A stretch of 45,609 bases of DNA from an uncultured Methanosarcinales archaeon (GTDB taxonomy: Archaea; Halobacteriota; Methanosarcinia; Methanosarcinales; CAZCCY01), in contig CAZCCY010000004.1 in the NCBI GenBank assembly GCA_964497545.1, positions 1 to 45,609 of the forward strand. The letters are read 5' to 3'. Positions 36,256 through 44,100 of this stretch are shown one piece after another; within the stretch, counting starts at the first letter, position 1; every line of letters starts with the position of its first letter. The translations under genes and the position numbers were made by a program. A model generated the notes under the pieces. That model did not search any database, was not told where the DNA came from, and worked only from the letters and a program-made list of their open reading frames with translations.

Positions 36256-37566
36256 TCATTTCGCTTTACGCAGACCGAGGACAGCTAGAGCAAGCAGGGT
36301 GAATGTAACCGGGAATCCTGGCGTCTTTTTAGGCTCTGGTGTCGGCGTCTGGGCCTCTGGGGTGGGTGTAACCACAGGCGTCTCCCTGGGGGCTGGTGTC
36401 AGGACAGGTGCTGCCGGGGCATATGTGACTTTGATTTTCTCGGTTTTGGTGTTGCCATTGGCATCTGTGGCTGTGATGGTGATGGTGTTTTCACCCTCCT
36501 TGAGGGTTACCTCGCTGGTCCAGATGGCTTTGCCGGCTGGCTCGCCGTTAACCGTGACCTCTTTGATCCCGCTTTCGTCCCTGGCTGTGCCCTTAACCGT
36601 CACCGTCTGGGTTGAAACCTCCTGGCCATCTGAGGGCTCGGTGATTTTGATGGTGGGGGGTGTTGTGTCTGCTTTTTCCTTCATGCGGAGTATGTAGATG
36701 CTGTCTCCTCCTGAGACAAAGATAATGTTACCCTGGACCGCGACTCCGGCAACTTCGCTTCCAGTTGACCTGCCAAGGTTCAAAGAGCCTATCTCTCTGG
36801 TCACTTTGGCCATGTCCCGGATGGTGAGCCCGTATCTACCATTTGCAATGTAGATTTTGCCGTCCCCGATGACCAGGTCCTTGGCGTCGATTCTATCTGA
36901 ATAGCGGATGCGCTCTGGCGGATAGATGGGGATGCCATTTTCATCGAGGTTAAGAACAAACAGGCCATCCTGGCCCGATGCCATGTAGAGCCGGTTATTG
37001 TACACAGTAATCCCGCTGACTCCGGCACCGATTCTATCGGGAATTGTGAAACCAGCTATCTTTCTGGGACGGTCCAGGTCGCTGATGTCGTATGCGACCA
37101 TGCCGAAGGGGCCTACCGAGAGATACATTTTACCGTTTTTTACATAGACGTCAAGGACGTTGTTACCAAGAGAAAGACGTTTTATCTTCCTGAGACTTGG
37201 AGCTTTGCTGGCATCCAGCACATAGACCCCGTTCTTGGCTGCAGCATACACGGTGTCACCGTCCACACCAACACCTACAATTTTACCTGCCCCGATACTG
37301 GGGGACTCGTAGAACCTTCCCACCCTCTTGGGACGGGTGGGGTCGCTGATGTCAATAATTCCAAGGCCAACTCCCCCTTCTGCCACGTAGAGGTAGTCTC
37401 CTGAAGCCTCCAGTCCCACCGACCTACCCTCACTGCGGATAACACTCAGTATCTCAAGGTTTCCAGAATAAATCTCCTGACCAGTCTGGGCAAAAGATGT
37501 CATCTGGATTCCCACAAAAACAATTAAGAACAATATAATCCACTTAATCCGATTCACACTAACCAC
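36256..37566 (-). CDS. LVIVD-repeat beta-propeller surface protein with Ig-like domain and PGF-CTERM sorting signal
   Basis: 436 aa. Signal peptide. Repeats of the type LYVAEGGVGLGIIDISDP, VYAAAKNGVYVLDASK, LYMASGQDGLFVLNLD. An Ig-like module, a Pro/Thr linker and a terminal TPGFPVTFTLLALAVLGLRKAK (archaeosortase A target). GTG start. Confidence 0.75.
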   Translation of the reverse strand: MVSVNRIKWIILFLIVFVGIQMTSFAQTGQEIYSGNLEILSVIRSEGRSVGLEASGDYLYVAEGGVGLGIIDISDPTRPKRVGRFYESPSIGAGKIVGVGVDGDTVYAAAKNGVYVLDASKAPSLRKIKRLSLGNNVLDVYVKNGKMYLSVGPFGMVAYDISDLDRPRKIAGFTIPDRIGAGVSGITVYNNRLYMASGQDGLFVLNLDENGIPIYPPERIRYSDRIDAKDLVIGDGKIYIANGRYGLTIRDMAKVTREIGSLNLGRSTGSEVAGVAVQGNIIFVSGGDSIYILRMKEKADTTPPTIKITEPSDGQEVSTQTVTVKGTARDESGIKEVTVNGEPAGKAIWTSEVTLKEGENTITITATDANGNTKTEKIKVTYAPAAPVLTPAPRETPVVTPTPEAQTPTPEPKKTPGFPVTFTLLALAVLGLRKAK

Positions 37567-37824
37567 CTTTAATTTCCAAAGTTAGAAATCCGCAATTCTA
37601 CTTAAATCTTTCTTGAACAATCTGTCTCGACCAGTACTTCCGATTTGGGGTAGTTCCGAATAACGTCTATACATCTTATATTCCGCAGGTGGAGCGAGTT
37701 TTTCATTATTTTTCCCGATAGCGATTTTCGCATAAATTGATATTAATCTTTTATAAGTGATTAATAAAAGACACTAAAAGAGCGTTGGTTTGTCATGGTT
37801 AAGGCTAAACATTAAAATATTAAT

Positions 37825-38064
37825 TTAATAACTATACTGGTTATTGACACCAAAAACGCTATCAGCAAAAATTATGAGGAATCTGGTTTGACGTGCGGAA
37901 AGTAAGAAAAATGAAAATCCCAACAGGATTGGAAGCGGGAACTGACCTATCTTCCCAAGATTCGGAACCACCAGCTCATTCCAGCCCTTTAATCCAGCAA
38001 TTATTATAAATATAAAAATAATGACTGCCAATCCCGACAATAAAATCCTATTTTGCTTCCTCAT
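37825..38064 (-). CDS. Possible small two-TM membrane protein
   Basis: 79 aa from MRKQNRILLSGLAVIIFIFIII. The start overlaps the end of the upstream ORF by 17 nt. AT-rich, with no homology signal. Confidence 0.3.
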   Translation of the reverse strand: MRKQNRILLSGLAVIIFIFIIIAGLKGWNELVVPNLGKIGQFPLPILLGFSFFLLSARQTRFLIIFADSVFGVNNQYSY

Positions 38065-38446
38065 CCTTTCCCGAGTTTGCACTCTCCTCTGGCCACCGCA
38101 CAACCGGAACATTCACAACAATATCTGTCTTTTTGATGGTCAGCTCACCTGATGCTTCTGCCTGGAGCAATTCTTCTTCAGATGTAAGAACCCTAGGCGT
38201 GGAGTTCTCATTCCAGGCAACAAGGTGTGGATTACGCAGGGAGGTGTAGTTTTCATCACCGGGAACGGAATCAAATATATCAATCTGGTAACCGAATGGT
38301 CCGCCGCCCCATGGTTTGACATCTCTGTGACCAACACCATTTATGAAAACACATACTCTACTAATCTTATTAATATCAACTACCTCGGCATTCCGAGGCA
38401 CATAAAGCGTCCTGTAATTCACCATCTTTGTAAGCCGCTCTGCCAT
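38048..38446 (-). CDS. Conserved-looking hypothetical protein
   Basis: 132-aa ATG ORF. DIFDSVPGDENYTSLRNPHLVAWNE...VVNVPVV reminds me of an uncharacterised PGD-x-GYSPLW-type family. An AT-rich promoter region lies upstream. Confidence 0.5.
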   Translation of the reverse strand: MAERLTKMVNYRTLYVPRNAEVVDINKISRVCVFINGVGHRDVKPWGGGPFGYQIDIFDSVPGDENYTSLRNPHLVAWNENSTPRVLTSEEELLQAEASGELTIKKTDIVVNVPVVRWPEESANSGKDEEAK

Positions 38447-38540
38447 TTCAGGGCTTGATACGTCGTGTGTATGAACCAGGTTTTCTCCAGGTTTAATAGG
38501 TTTTACATATTTAATTTATAAATAAATATATAAAAATATC

Positions 38541-38563
38541 TGCTGCCAGTTTTGCTGGCAGCA
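38541..38563 (-). terminator. Hairpin plus T-run downstream of the thioredoxin-like gene
   Basis: TGCTGCCAG-TTTTG-CTGGCAGCA, a perfect 9-bp stem flanked by T/A-rich runs on both strands. Confidence 0.4.
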
Positions 38564-38627
38564 TTTTATATCATCTAACGTCTGTTCTGCACGAACACGA
38601 CACCTCAGTATTTTTTTAAGTCCGAAT

Positions 38628-38882
38628 TCATATGCCCAGGACTTCTTTTACCATTTCCGGTGTTGGTCTGCCTTCGAGGGCAATTCTGCCGTCCACCACT
38701 ATGGTGGGTGTGGATTTGATACCGTATTTTTTTGCCTTGTCAATGCAGACCTGGGATTCGCATTCTTCTGATAGATTGTATTCTGTCAGGTGGCACTCGC
38801 TGCATTTTGTCTTTTCCACGATTTCCACGGTTTCCCTGCACAGATGGCAACCAGAAGTGAAGATTTCGATTTCATGTCCCAT
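38628..38882 (-). CDS. Small thioredoxin-fold redox-active disulfide protein
   Basis: 84 aa. IEIFTSGCHLCRE (CxxC) and STPTIVVDG motifs resemble the redox_disulf_2/glutaredoxin-like family. Confidence 0.7.
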   Translation of the reverse strand: MGHEIEIFTSGCHLCRETVEIVEKTKCSECHLTEYNLSEECESQVCIDKAKKYGIKSTPTIVVDGRIALEGRPTPEMVKEVLGI

Positions 38883-38959
38883 TTTTGTTTTTCACCTCCA
38901 TTAGTTTAGTAACTAAAGTAGGTAGCTTAAAGTATTTATAAGGGGAAGTATGCTAAACA

Positions 38960-38993
38960 TAACTTGTTATAGGAACCGTAACTTGTTATAGGA
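38960..38993. promoter_or_regulatory. Tandem 15-nt direct repeat upstream of the HxlR gene (candidate operator)
   Basis: TAACTTGTTATAGGA at 38960-38974 and again at 38979-38993 (19-nt period), ending 7 nt before the hxlR-type ATG. The same divergent intergenic region holds the near-palindrome TTTAGT-A-ACTAAA. Confidence 0.35.
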
Positions 38994-39000
38994 GCCGAAA

Positions 39001-39366
39001 ATGAGTTTACAGAAGGAAAGTAAATGTCCTCTTGGCAATATAATGGAGGTCATCAGCAAAAAATGGGCACTGCTTGTTATTAACACCATTGGCAACTCCC
39101 AGAAAATAAGATACAGCGAAATAAGAAAAACTCTTGGAGCGATTAACTCCAAAACCCTTACAGACAGACTCAAGGAACTTGAGGAGGCAGGATTGATTAA
39201 AAGAGAAGCCCATGCCGAGATACCGCCAAGGGTCGAATATTCCCTGACAGAGGACGGAAAAGCACTGCGTGAAGCCATAATGCCTCTGATGAGATGGATT
39301 TACTCAAAAAACACCGAGAGAGCAAATACGCCCTGTGACATCGCATATCTAGAGACCCAGGTCTAG
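39001..39366 (+). CDS. HxlR-family winged-helix transcriptional regulator
   Basis: 121 aa. CPLGNIMEVISKKWALLVI...RYSEIRKTLGAINSKTLTDRLKELEEAGLIKRE...PPRVEYSLTEDG is the canonical HxlR signature. Confidence 0.85.
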   Translation: MSLQKESKCPLGNIMEVISKKWALLVINTIGNSQKIRYSEIRKTLGAINSKTLTDRLKELEEAGLIKREAHAEIPPRVEYSLTEDGKALREAIMPLMRWIYSKNTERANTPCDIAYLETQV

Positions 39367-39412
39367 ACTCAGAGGAATAGACCCCTTTATGGATAAAAGT
39401 GGCTGAGGCTAG

Positions 39413-39861
39413 CTAGGGTGAGGGTTTGCTTTTCTGCAGTGATTGTGGGCTTGTTATGGAGGGGATGCCGGTAGGGGCTAAGCTGCCCGGAGCCCAGAAG
39501 ATGATAACTTTTCCATAGGTATCCTCGATTGCTGAGAGGACTTTTTCTTTTTCAGAGACGCTGAGGTCTGGAAACTCCAGGTCCACCAGGGCTATCTCTT
39601 CCTTATGATAATGCCAGTTCTGCTGTTCTTCCGGAGATAACTGTGCAAAAATTTGTTGACTTATTATGGTTTCCACACATATATTACGTGTGCGTTTGGC
39701 GTGTCGTTTTCGAAAAGGAGGCATTGTATTATCTGTTCGTCAAGATTTTTACAATAGTGGTGCACCACCTGTTCTGGCGCCTCATTAATATGCTTTCTGG
39801 CCTCGATATGCAGGGTGAAACCCTGGGCAGGGACAGGCTCCTGTACCCCACCATTTTTGAT
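39413..39861 (-). pseudogene. DUF1264 (OBAP-like) gene remnant, frameshifted and 5'-truncated
   Basis: Two frames together give GFTLHIEARKHINEAPEQVVHHYCKNLDEQIIQCLLFENDTPNAHVIYV | VETIISQQIFAQLSPEEQQNWHYHKEE...EDTYGKVIIFW. This matches the HHYC...QC...ARLIGVEYIIS...EE..WH.H...TYGK motifs of DUF1264. The frames join at a (CA)3/(TG)3 run at 39674-39679. No start codon exists upstream, because the open frame begins just after the merTP stop. Confidence 0.55.
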
Positions 39862-39877
39862 TTAGCATTTGCTCACC

Positions 39878-40453
39878 TCACACTCCATCTTTTACCAGTG
39901 ATGCCTGGTAGGGCTTTACACCGTCCAGTATCTCTTCCACTGTTACAATATTAGGGTCATAGAGGACCACTCCTCTTCCTTTTTCGTAGTCTATTTCCGC
40001 CCGGTGGATTCCTTTTATTTTTGAGAGGTTGTTCTCGATGATGCTGGCACAGCTTGGACAGGTCATGCCGTCTATTTTCAGCGTCACCTGCTGGAGGGCA
40101 GAGGTCTCGGCTGATGCTGTATTACCTGGGGATGCTGTAAGTATCAGGGGTGCGATTGCAGGTACAACAGCGTAGAGGAGGGTGAGGAGGATGATCGCAT
40201 AGACTGTTACCATGGTTGTTATGAATTGTTTTTTGTTGAGGGTGCAGTTCTGTTGGCATTTTTTGAAGTGGTGCCAGGTTGCTGCTGCCATGAAGATTAT
40301 GCTGGCTGCAATGAAATATGGTCGATATTGGGTGAGGCTCAGGGCTGCAGAGACCGTCCCGATTCCAAGCACCACCAGGGCCAGTGCACCGATGCAGCAC
40401 AGCGATGATAGAAACCCGGCTTTTACGCCTATTGCTATTGCTTTCAGGTCCAT
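39878..40453 (-). CDS. merTP: MerT-like membrane transporter fused to a MerP/HMA metal-binding domain (MerTP-like)
   Basis: 191 aa. TM1 vicinal cysteines SSLCCIGALALV, cytoplasmic-loop pair CQQNC and a C-terminal HMA domain LKIDGMTCPSCASIIEN. Confidence 0.65.
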   Translation of the reverse strand: MDLKAIAIGVKAGFLSSLCCIGALALVVLGIGTVSAALSLTQYRPYFIAASIIFMAAATWHHFKKCQQNCTLNKKQFITTMVTVYAIILLTLLYAVVPAIAPLILTASPGNTASAETSALQQVTLKIDGMTCPSCASIIENNLSKIKGIHRAEIDYEKGRGVVLYDPNIVTVEEILDGVKPYQASLVKDGV

Positions 40454-40484
40454 TATTTTTTTAGCCTCCTGGGTTTACAATCTG

Positions 40485-40766
40485 TTATTCCAGCTTCCTG
40501 GGTTTGCAGATGATTGCTCCTGGTTTGCATACCATGTGGCAGCTCCCATCTCCCACACAGTTATCTGGGGCCACAGGGACTGACTTGTTTTTCCCGTTTA
40601 TCTGCTGGAGCTGGTAGACCCCTCTGGAGCAGACTTTGACGCACATGCCGCAGCCTGTACATTTCTCGGTGTCCACGTATTCGATGAAAGCGGGAGTCCA
40701 TTTCCTGCCGGATTTGGTCTCCCCCTGGTAATATTCTCCCTCTTCTATTTCACAGCAGGATTCCAT
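40485..40766 (-). CDS. Small 2x[4Fe-4S]-type ferredoxin with N-terminal vicinal cysteines
   Basis: 93 aa from MESCCEIEE, with a GAGGGGTGG RBS 4 nt upstream of the ATG (which is 11 nt after the ABC gene stop). CTGCGMCVKVC and CVGDGSCHMVC cluster motifs. Confidence 0.7.
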   Translation of the reverse strand: MESCCEIEEGEYYQGETKSGRKWTPAFIEYVDTEKCTGCGMCVKVCSRGVYQLQQINGKNKSVPVAPDNCVGDGSCHMVCKPGAIICKPRKLE

Positions 40767-40777
40767 TTTTCCACCCC

Positions 40778-42808
40778 TCAGGGTCCGAATCTCATTTTCA
40801 CCTTGCTCATGCTCCATCTCTCATACCAGGGCTCTTTTTTTAGGATTTCTTCTATGTTGAGTCCTATCCTGCTGGCATAGTTTTCAGCCCGCTCGATGTA
40901 CTGGTAGGCTGCCCCGAGAAAGCCGGTGTTTTCGTTTTGTCTTGCCATGTCCAGGGCCTCCCGGATACCCCTCTCGTAGACGGGTTTCAGGTCTCTGATG
41001 TCGAGTTCTATGCCCAGGCGGGAGGCGTATCTCTGGGCTGTCCTGATTTCAGCGTCCATCTCGTAGACCATGCCTTCCTCTGCATATCTTCTGGCTTCGT
41101 TGAGGCATCTCTGGATGCCCTCCTGGTAGGTGGGCTGGAATTCTTTTAGGTCCAGGTTTTGGCCGAGTTCTAGGGCATGGGAGATATAGAAGTCGAGGTC
41201 TGCGAGGTTGGTTGGCTGGTGGTGGCTCTTTTCTCCGCCTTTGAGGTGGTGTAGCACGGTGTCTGTTTTGCCCATGGCTTTTATTTTTCCCAGTTCCATG
41301 AGTGCTGCGCGGTCGCAGGTGTGTTTCACGAAGTCCATGTCGTGGGAGACGATGACAAAGGTGGTGCCGGTTTTTTCTCTGGCGGTGAGGATGGAGTTTG
41401 CCACCATGTTCTTGGTGACCGGGTCCATGGTGCCGGTTGGCTCGTCAAAGATGACTATGCTTGGCTCTTTCATGAGTGCCTGGGCCATGGTCGCCCGGTG
41501 TCTCTCTCCCACGCTGAGCTGGTAGGGTGTTTTCCTTAGCACCTCTTCCACCTCGTCCGGGTTGAACCCGCTTGCCAGTAGGACCTGTCTGGCTTTTCTC
41601 TCTGCTATTTCTGGTGGTAGTTTGAGGCCGATGGACTCTGTCAGGTTGTAGAGGATGGTGCGGTAGGGGTAGAGGCTGTATTCCTGGTGGAGGTAGCCTA
41701 TGTGGGGTCTTGCCCTGCCCCGGAACTGGTGGCCTTTTTCTCGCATGTCCACCCAGGTATCACCGATTCTCACATCCACCCTGCCGGTTTTGGGTTCCAT
41801 CAGTCCTGCGATGATTTTGGAGAGGGTGGTTTTGCCTGCACCGCTTGTGCCTATGATTCCGAAAATTTCGCTCTCATAAACCTCCAGGGTGACACCGTCC
41901 ACAGCTTTGACAAGCCCCTTGTAGTGGGAATGGTAGCTCTTTTTCACATCCTGGACCCTGATGATGGGTCTTCCTGTGACGGCCTGGCTTTCTTTCACGC
42001 TGCCGGTTGTGGCTTTGAACTTCCCTGCCACCTCCCCTGATTCGCCCATGAGGGTTATCTCGCCTTTTTCCAGGAGTATTGCCCGGTGGGTTAGACTGGT
42101 GACCACCTCGGGGAGGTGGGAGGTTATCAGCATGGTGATGTTGTGTCTGCTTCTGGCCCGGGTGATGCTGTCGTGGATCAGCCTGGAGGTGGTGGGGTCG
42201 AGGGTGCCGGTGGGTTCGTCTGCCAGGAGGAGCATGGGTGATTTTGCCAGTTGGACTGCGAGTACCACCCGCTGTTTTTCGCCTCCGCTCAGTTCCTTGC
42301 CGGTGTACATCACCCGGTGGTTTAGCCTCACCTGCTCGATGAGTTCCATGGCAAGCTTTGGCTGGAGGTGTTTCGGTATTCCTGCGCTGGCAAGGCTTCT
42401 CATGACGTTTTCCAGTACTGTTTCATCTCCGTAGAGGGCGAAGGTTCGCTGGAGCATTATGGCGGTGCGCTCCATCGCACTCCGCTGTTCCTCGCTGGTT
42501 GCCAGATAATCCAGGTTCAGGGGTTTCAGGGTGCCGCTGTTGCAGTGGCAGGGCTGGCCTGCGGTGCTGGGGGGCTCCACCCGTCCGCATTTTTCACAGC
42601 GGGCGATGTTGAACCTGATTTCTCCCTCGATGTCGTTGAACTCGTGGTAGCCGCGAAGAAGGTGGAGGAGGGTGGATTTACCTGACCCGCTTCTGCCAAG
42701 TATGCCGAGGCTTTCACCCTCCGCTATTTCCAGGTTTATGTTTTCGAGTATGGGTTTACCGTTAGCTCTGACAGTGAGGTCTTTTATGGAAATCATATTA
42801 TTTTTCAT
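40778..42808 (-). CDS. Double ABC ATPase resembling methyl-coenzyme M reductase system component A2 (AtwA), with ~140-aa C-terminal repeat extension
   Basis: 676 aa from MKNNMISIKDL; the ATGA overlaps the arsR stop. Two cassettes (GRSGSGKST / LSGGEKQRV / LLLADEPTGTLD and GTSGAGKTT / LSVGERHRA / IVIFDEPTGTMD). A Cys-containing insert CEKCGRVEPPSTAGQPCHCNSG follows the first Walker A, as I recall for A2 proteins. No TM domain. Confidence 0.7.
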   Translation of the reverse strand: MKNNMISIKDLTVRANGKPILENINLEIAEGESLGILGRSGSGKSTLLHLLRGYHEFNDIEGEIRFNIARCEKCGRVEPPSTAGQPCHCNSGTLKPLNLDYLATSEEQRSAMERTAIMLQRTFALYGDETVLENVMRSLASAGIPKHLQPKLAMELIEQVRLNHRVMYTGKELSGGEKQRVVLAVQLAKSPMLLLADEPTGTLDPTTSRLIHDSITRARSRHNITMLITSHLPEVVTSLTHRAILLEKGEITLMGESGEVAGKFKATTGSVKESQAVTGRPIIRVQDVKKSYHSHYKGLVKAVDGVTLEVYESEIFGIIGTSGAGKTTLSKIIAGLMEPKTGRVDVRIGDTWVDMREKGHQFRGRARPHIGYLHQEYSLYPYRTILYNLTESIGLKLPPEIAERKARQVLLASGFNPDEVEEVLRKTPYQLSVGERHRATMAQALMKEPSIVIFDEPTGTMDPVTKNMVANSILTAREKTGTTFVIVSHDMDFVKHTCDRAALMELGKIKAMGKTDTVLHHLKGGEKSHHQPTNLADLDFYISHALELGQNLDLKEFQPTYQEGIQRCLNEARRYAEEGMVYEMDAEIRTAQRYASRLGIELDIRDLKPVYERGIREALDMARQNENTGFLGAAYQYIERAENYASRIGLNIEEILKKEPWYERWSMSKVKMRFGP

Positions 42809-43128
42809 TCTACCACCTCGCATGCCAGTATTCCCTGGAGGGTTTCTCTTACGTGCTGCTCGGAGAGTTCGAGGATTCTGAGTATGGTGTTGTTTTTGAT
42901 GGAGTATTCTGTGAATTTCCCGTTTTTTCTTGTGTTGACCAGGCCGCAGTTTCTGAGACAGGCCATGTGGTGGGAGATGAGGCTCTGCTCCTTGCCGGTG
43001 GCTTTGCAGAGTTCTTTAACTGTCATGGTCCCGTTCTCTCTCAGTGTTTTGAGGATCTGGAGTCGGGTTTCGTCTCCGAGCGCGCTGAAGAAGCGTTTCT
43101 GTGCAACCGTAAAATCATCAAACAACAT
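42805..43128 (-). CDS. arsR: ArsR/SmtB-family metalloregulatory repressor
   Basis: 107 aa. FSALGDETRLQILKTL...TVKELCKATGKEQSLISHHMACLRNCGLV winged-HTH signature with candidate sensing cysteines (CLRNC). Confidence 0.85.
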   Translation of the reverse strand: MLFDDFTVAQKRFFSALGDETRLQILKTLRENGTMTVKELCKATGKEQSLISHHMACLRNCGLVNTRKNGKFTEYSIKNNTILRILELSEQHVRETLQGILACEVVE

Positions 43129-43142
43129 ATGAACATATGTTG
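43123..43142. promoter_or_regulatory. Candidate ArsR operator 1 (9-2-9 palindrome) overlapping the arsR start codon
   Basis: CAACATATG-AA-CATATGTTG with perfect arms. A TATA-like ATAAATA lies just upstream on the minus strand. It shares a 14-nt core, ACATATGTTCATAT, with the site at 43919-43938. Confidence 0.45.
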
Positions 43143-43154
43143 ATTTATTTGTAT

Positions 43155-43883
43155 TTATAGGTTTCTCCTCTTTAGAAGGGAGAATATCGTTCCCTTCTCC
43201 CGGACCCAGTGTTCTGCCAGCACACCCAGCACCGCACCATAGCCCAGATGTGCCAGAAGGGTGATAAGGAAAAACGCAGGACCACCGGTTTTAATCCCAA
43301 ACGGCCCAAACATAGGAGCCATGGGAGGAGAAACCATCATACCCACCTCTATCAGGACACCCCACACCATACCCCACCACCAGCGAGCCTTGCCCCACAC
43401 GAGGGTGTAGAACACCCCAAAACTTGCACCATTAAGAAAATGGTACACAAAGCCCACACCCAGAACAGCTAAAGATGCAGCCTGGGGCCCAAGTATCATT
43501 TTTCCGAACATGGGCGGAGTGTCAACTGCAAGCCAGCCGTGCATAACCCCCAGCTGGCGGAAGAAGTCCAGAATAAAAGTGGCAAAAGCACCAGCACCAA
43601 GACCCACCCAGATGCGGTTAGCCAGCTCTGGAAAATGCTGCCTGCTGTAAAATGCTATCGCCGCCAGCACCACCAGCGAGGGAATCCATACCAGGGGCAC
43701 ATAATACCTGGCAAAATCATGCATGGACATTATAATCTCAGGCCTTTTTGTCAAGCCCTCAACCAGCATTGCCCTGCCAGATGCCAGCAGCAGCAGAAAA
43801 ATGGTTGATGCACTGCCCGTGAACAGGGCAACAAGCGTAAGCAGGGTACGATTAACACCTGTCCTTTGAGTTTGGTTTATCAT
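43155..43883 (-). CDS. Polytopic membrane protein of unknown function, first gene of the ArsR-linked operon
   Basis: 242 aa from MINQTQ, with GGAGGA 8 nt upstream; the tracked ORF starts at a GTG at 43904. About 6 TM, Trp/Gly-rich (WGKARWWWGMVWGVLIE). No family recognised. Confidence 0.55.
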   Translation of the reverse strand: MINQTQRTGVNRTLLTLVALFTGSASTIFLLLLASGRAMLVEGLTKRPEIIMSMHDFARYYVPLVWIPSLVVLAAIAFYSRQHFPELANRIWVGLGAGAFATFILDFFRQLGVMHGWLAVDTPPMFGKMILGPQAASLAVLGVGFVYHFLNGASFGVFYTLVWGKARWWWGMVWGVLIEVGMMVSPPMAPMFGPFGIKTGGPAFFLITLLAHLGYGAVLGVLAEHWVREKGTIFSLLKRRNL

Positions 43884-43918
43884 TTCTGTTTTTCCTCCAT
43901 TCACAATAACAATAAATC

Positions 43919-43938
43919 ATATGAACATATGTTCATAT
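43919..43938. promoter_or_regulatory. Candidate ArsR operator 2, a perfect 20-bp palindrome in the promoter of the membrane-protein gene
   Basis: ATATGAACATATGTTCATAT is its own reverse complement and contains TGAAC-N4-GTTCA. It overlaps a TATA-like GGTATATAT on the minus strand, about 35 nt upstream of the ATG at 43883. Confidence 0.45.
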
Positions 43939-44100
43939 ATACCTTTTGGTAAAAATATATCACTCAACCAAAAAAGCCCCCAACCACCAGAGAGAACCTT
44001 AAATCAAAATACTCCAACCCAATATCGCAACACCAAAACCCACCTCAGGTACACCTAGTTTCCCCCATAAAAGCTCGAATTCCAAATTTTTTTATCCTGT

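Noticed and set aside
37567-37824. AT-rich 258-bp spacer (and those at 13594-13882 and 21492-21614) considered as a replication origin
   Set aside because: No repeated ORB-like elements, no adjacent cdc6/orc1 gene, and the local skew flips are too frequent to mark origins. These look like ordinary promoter regions.
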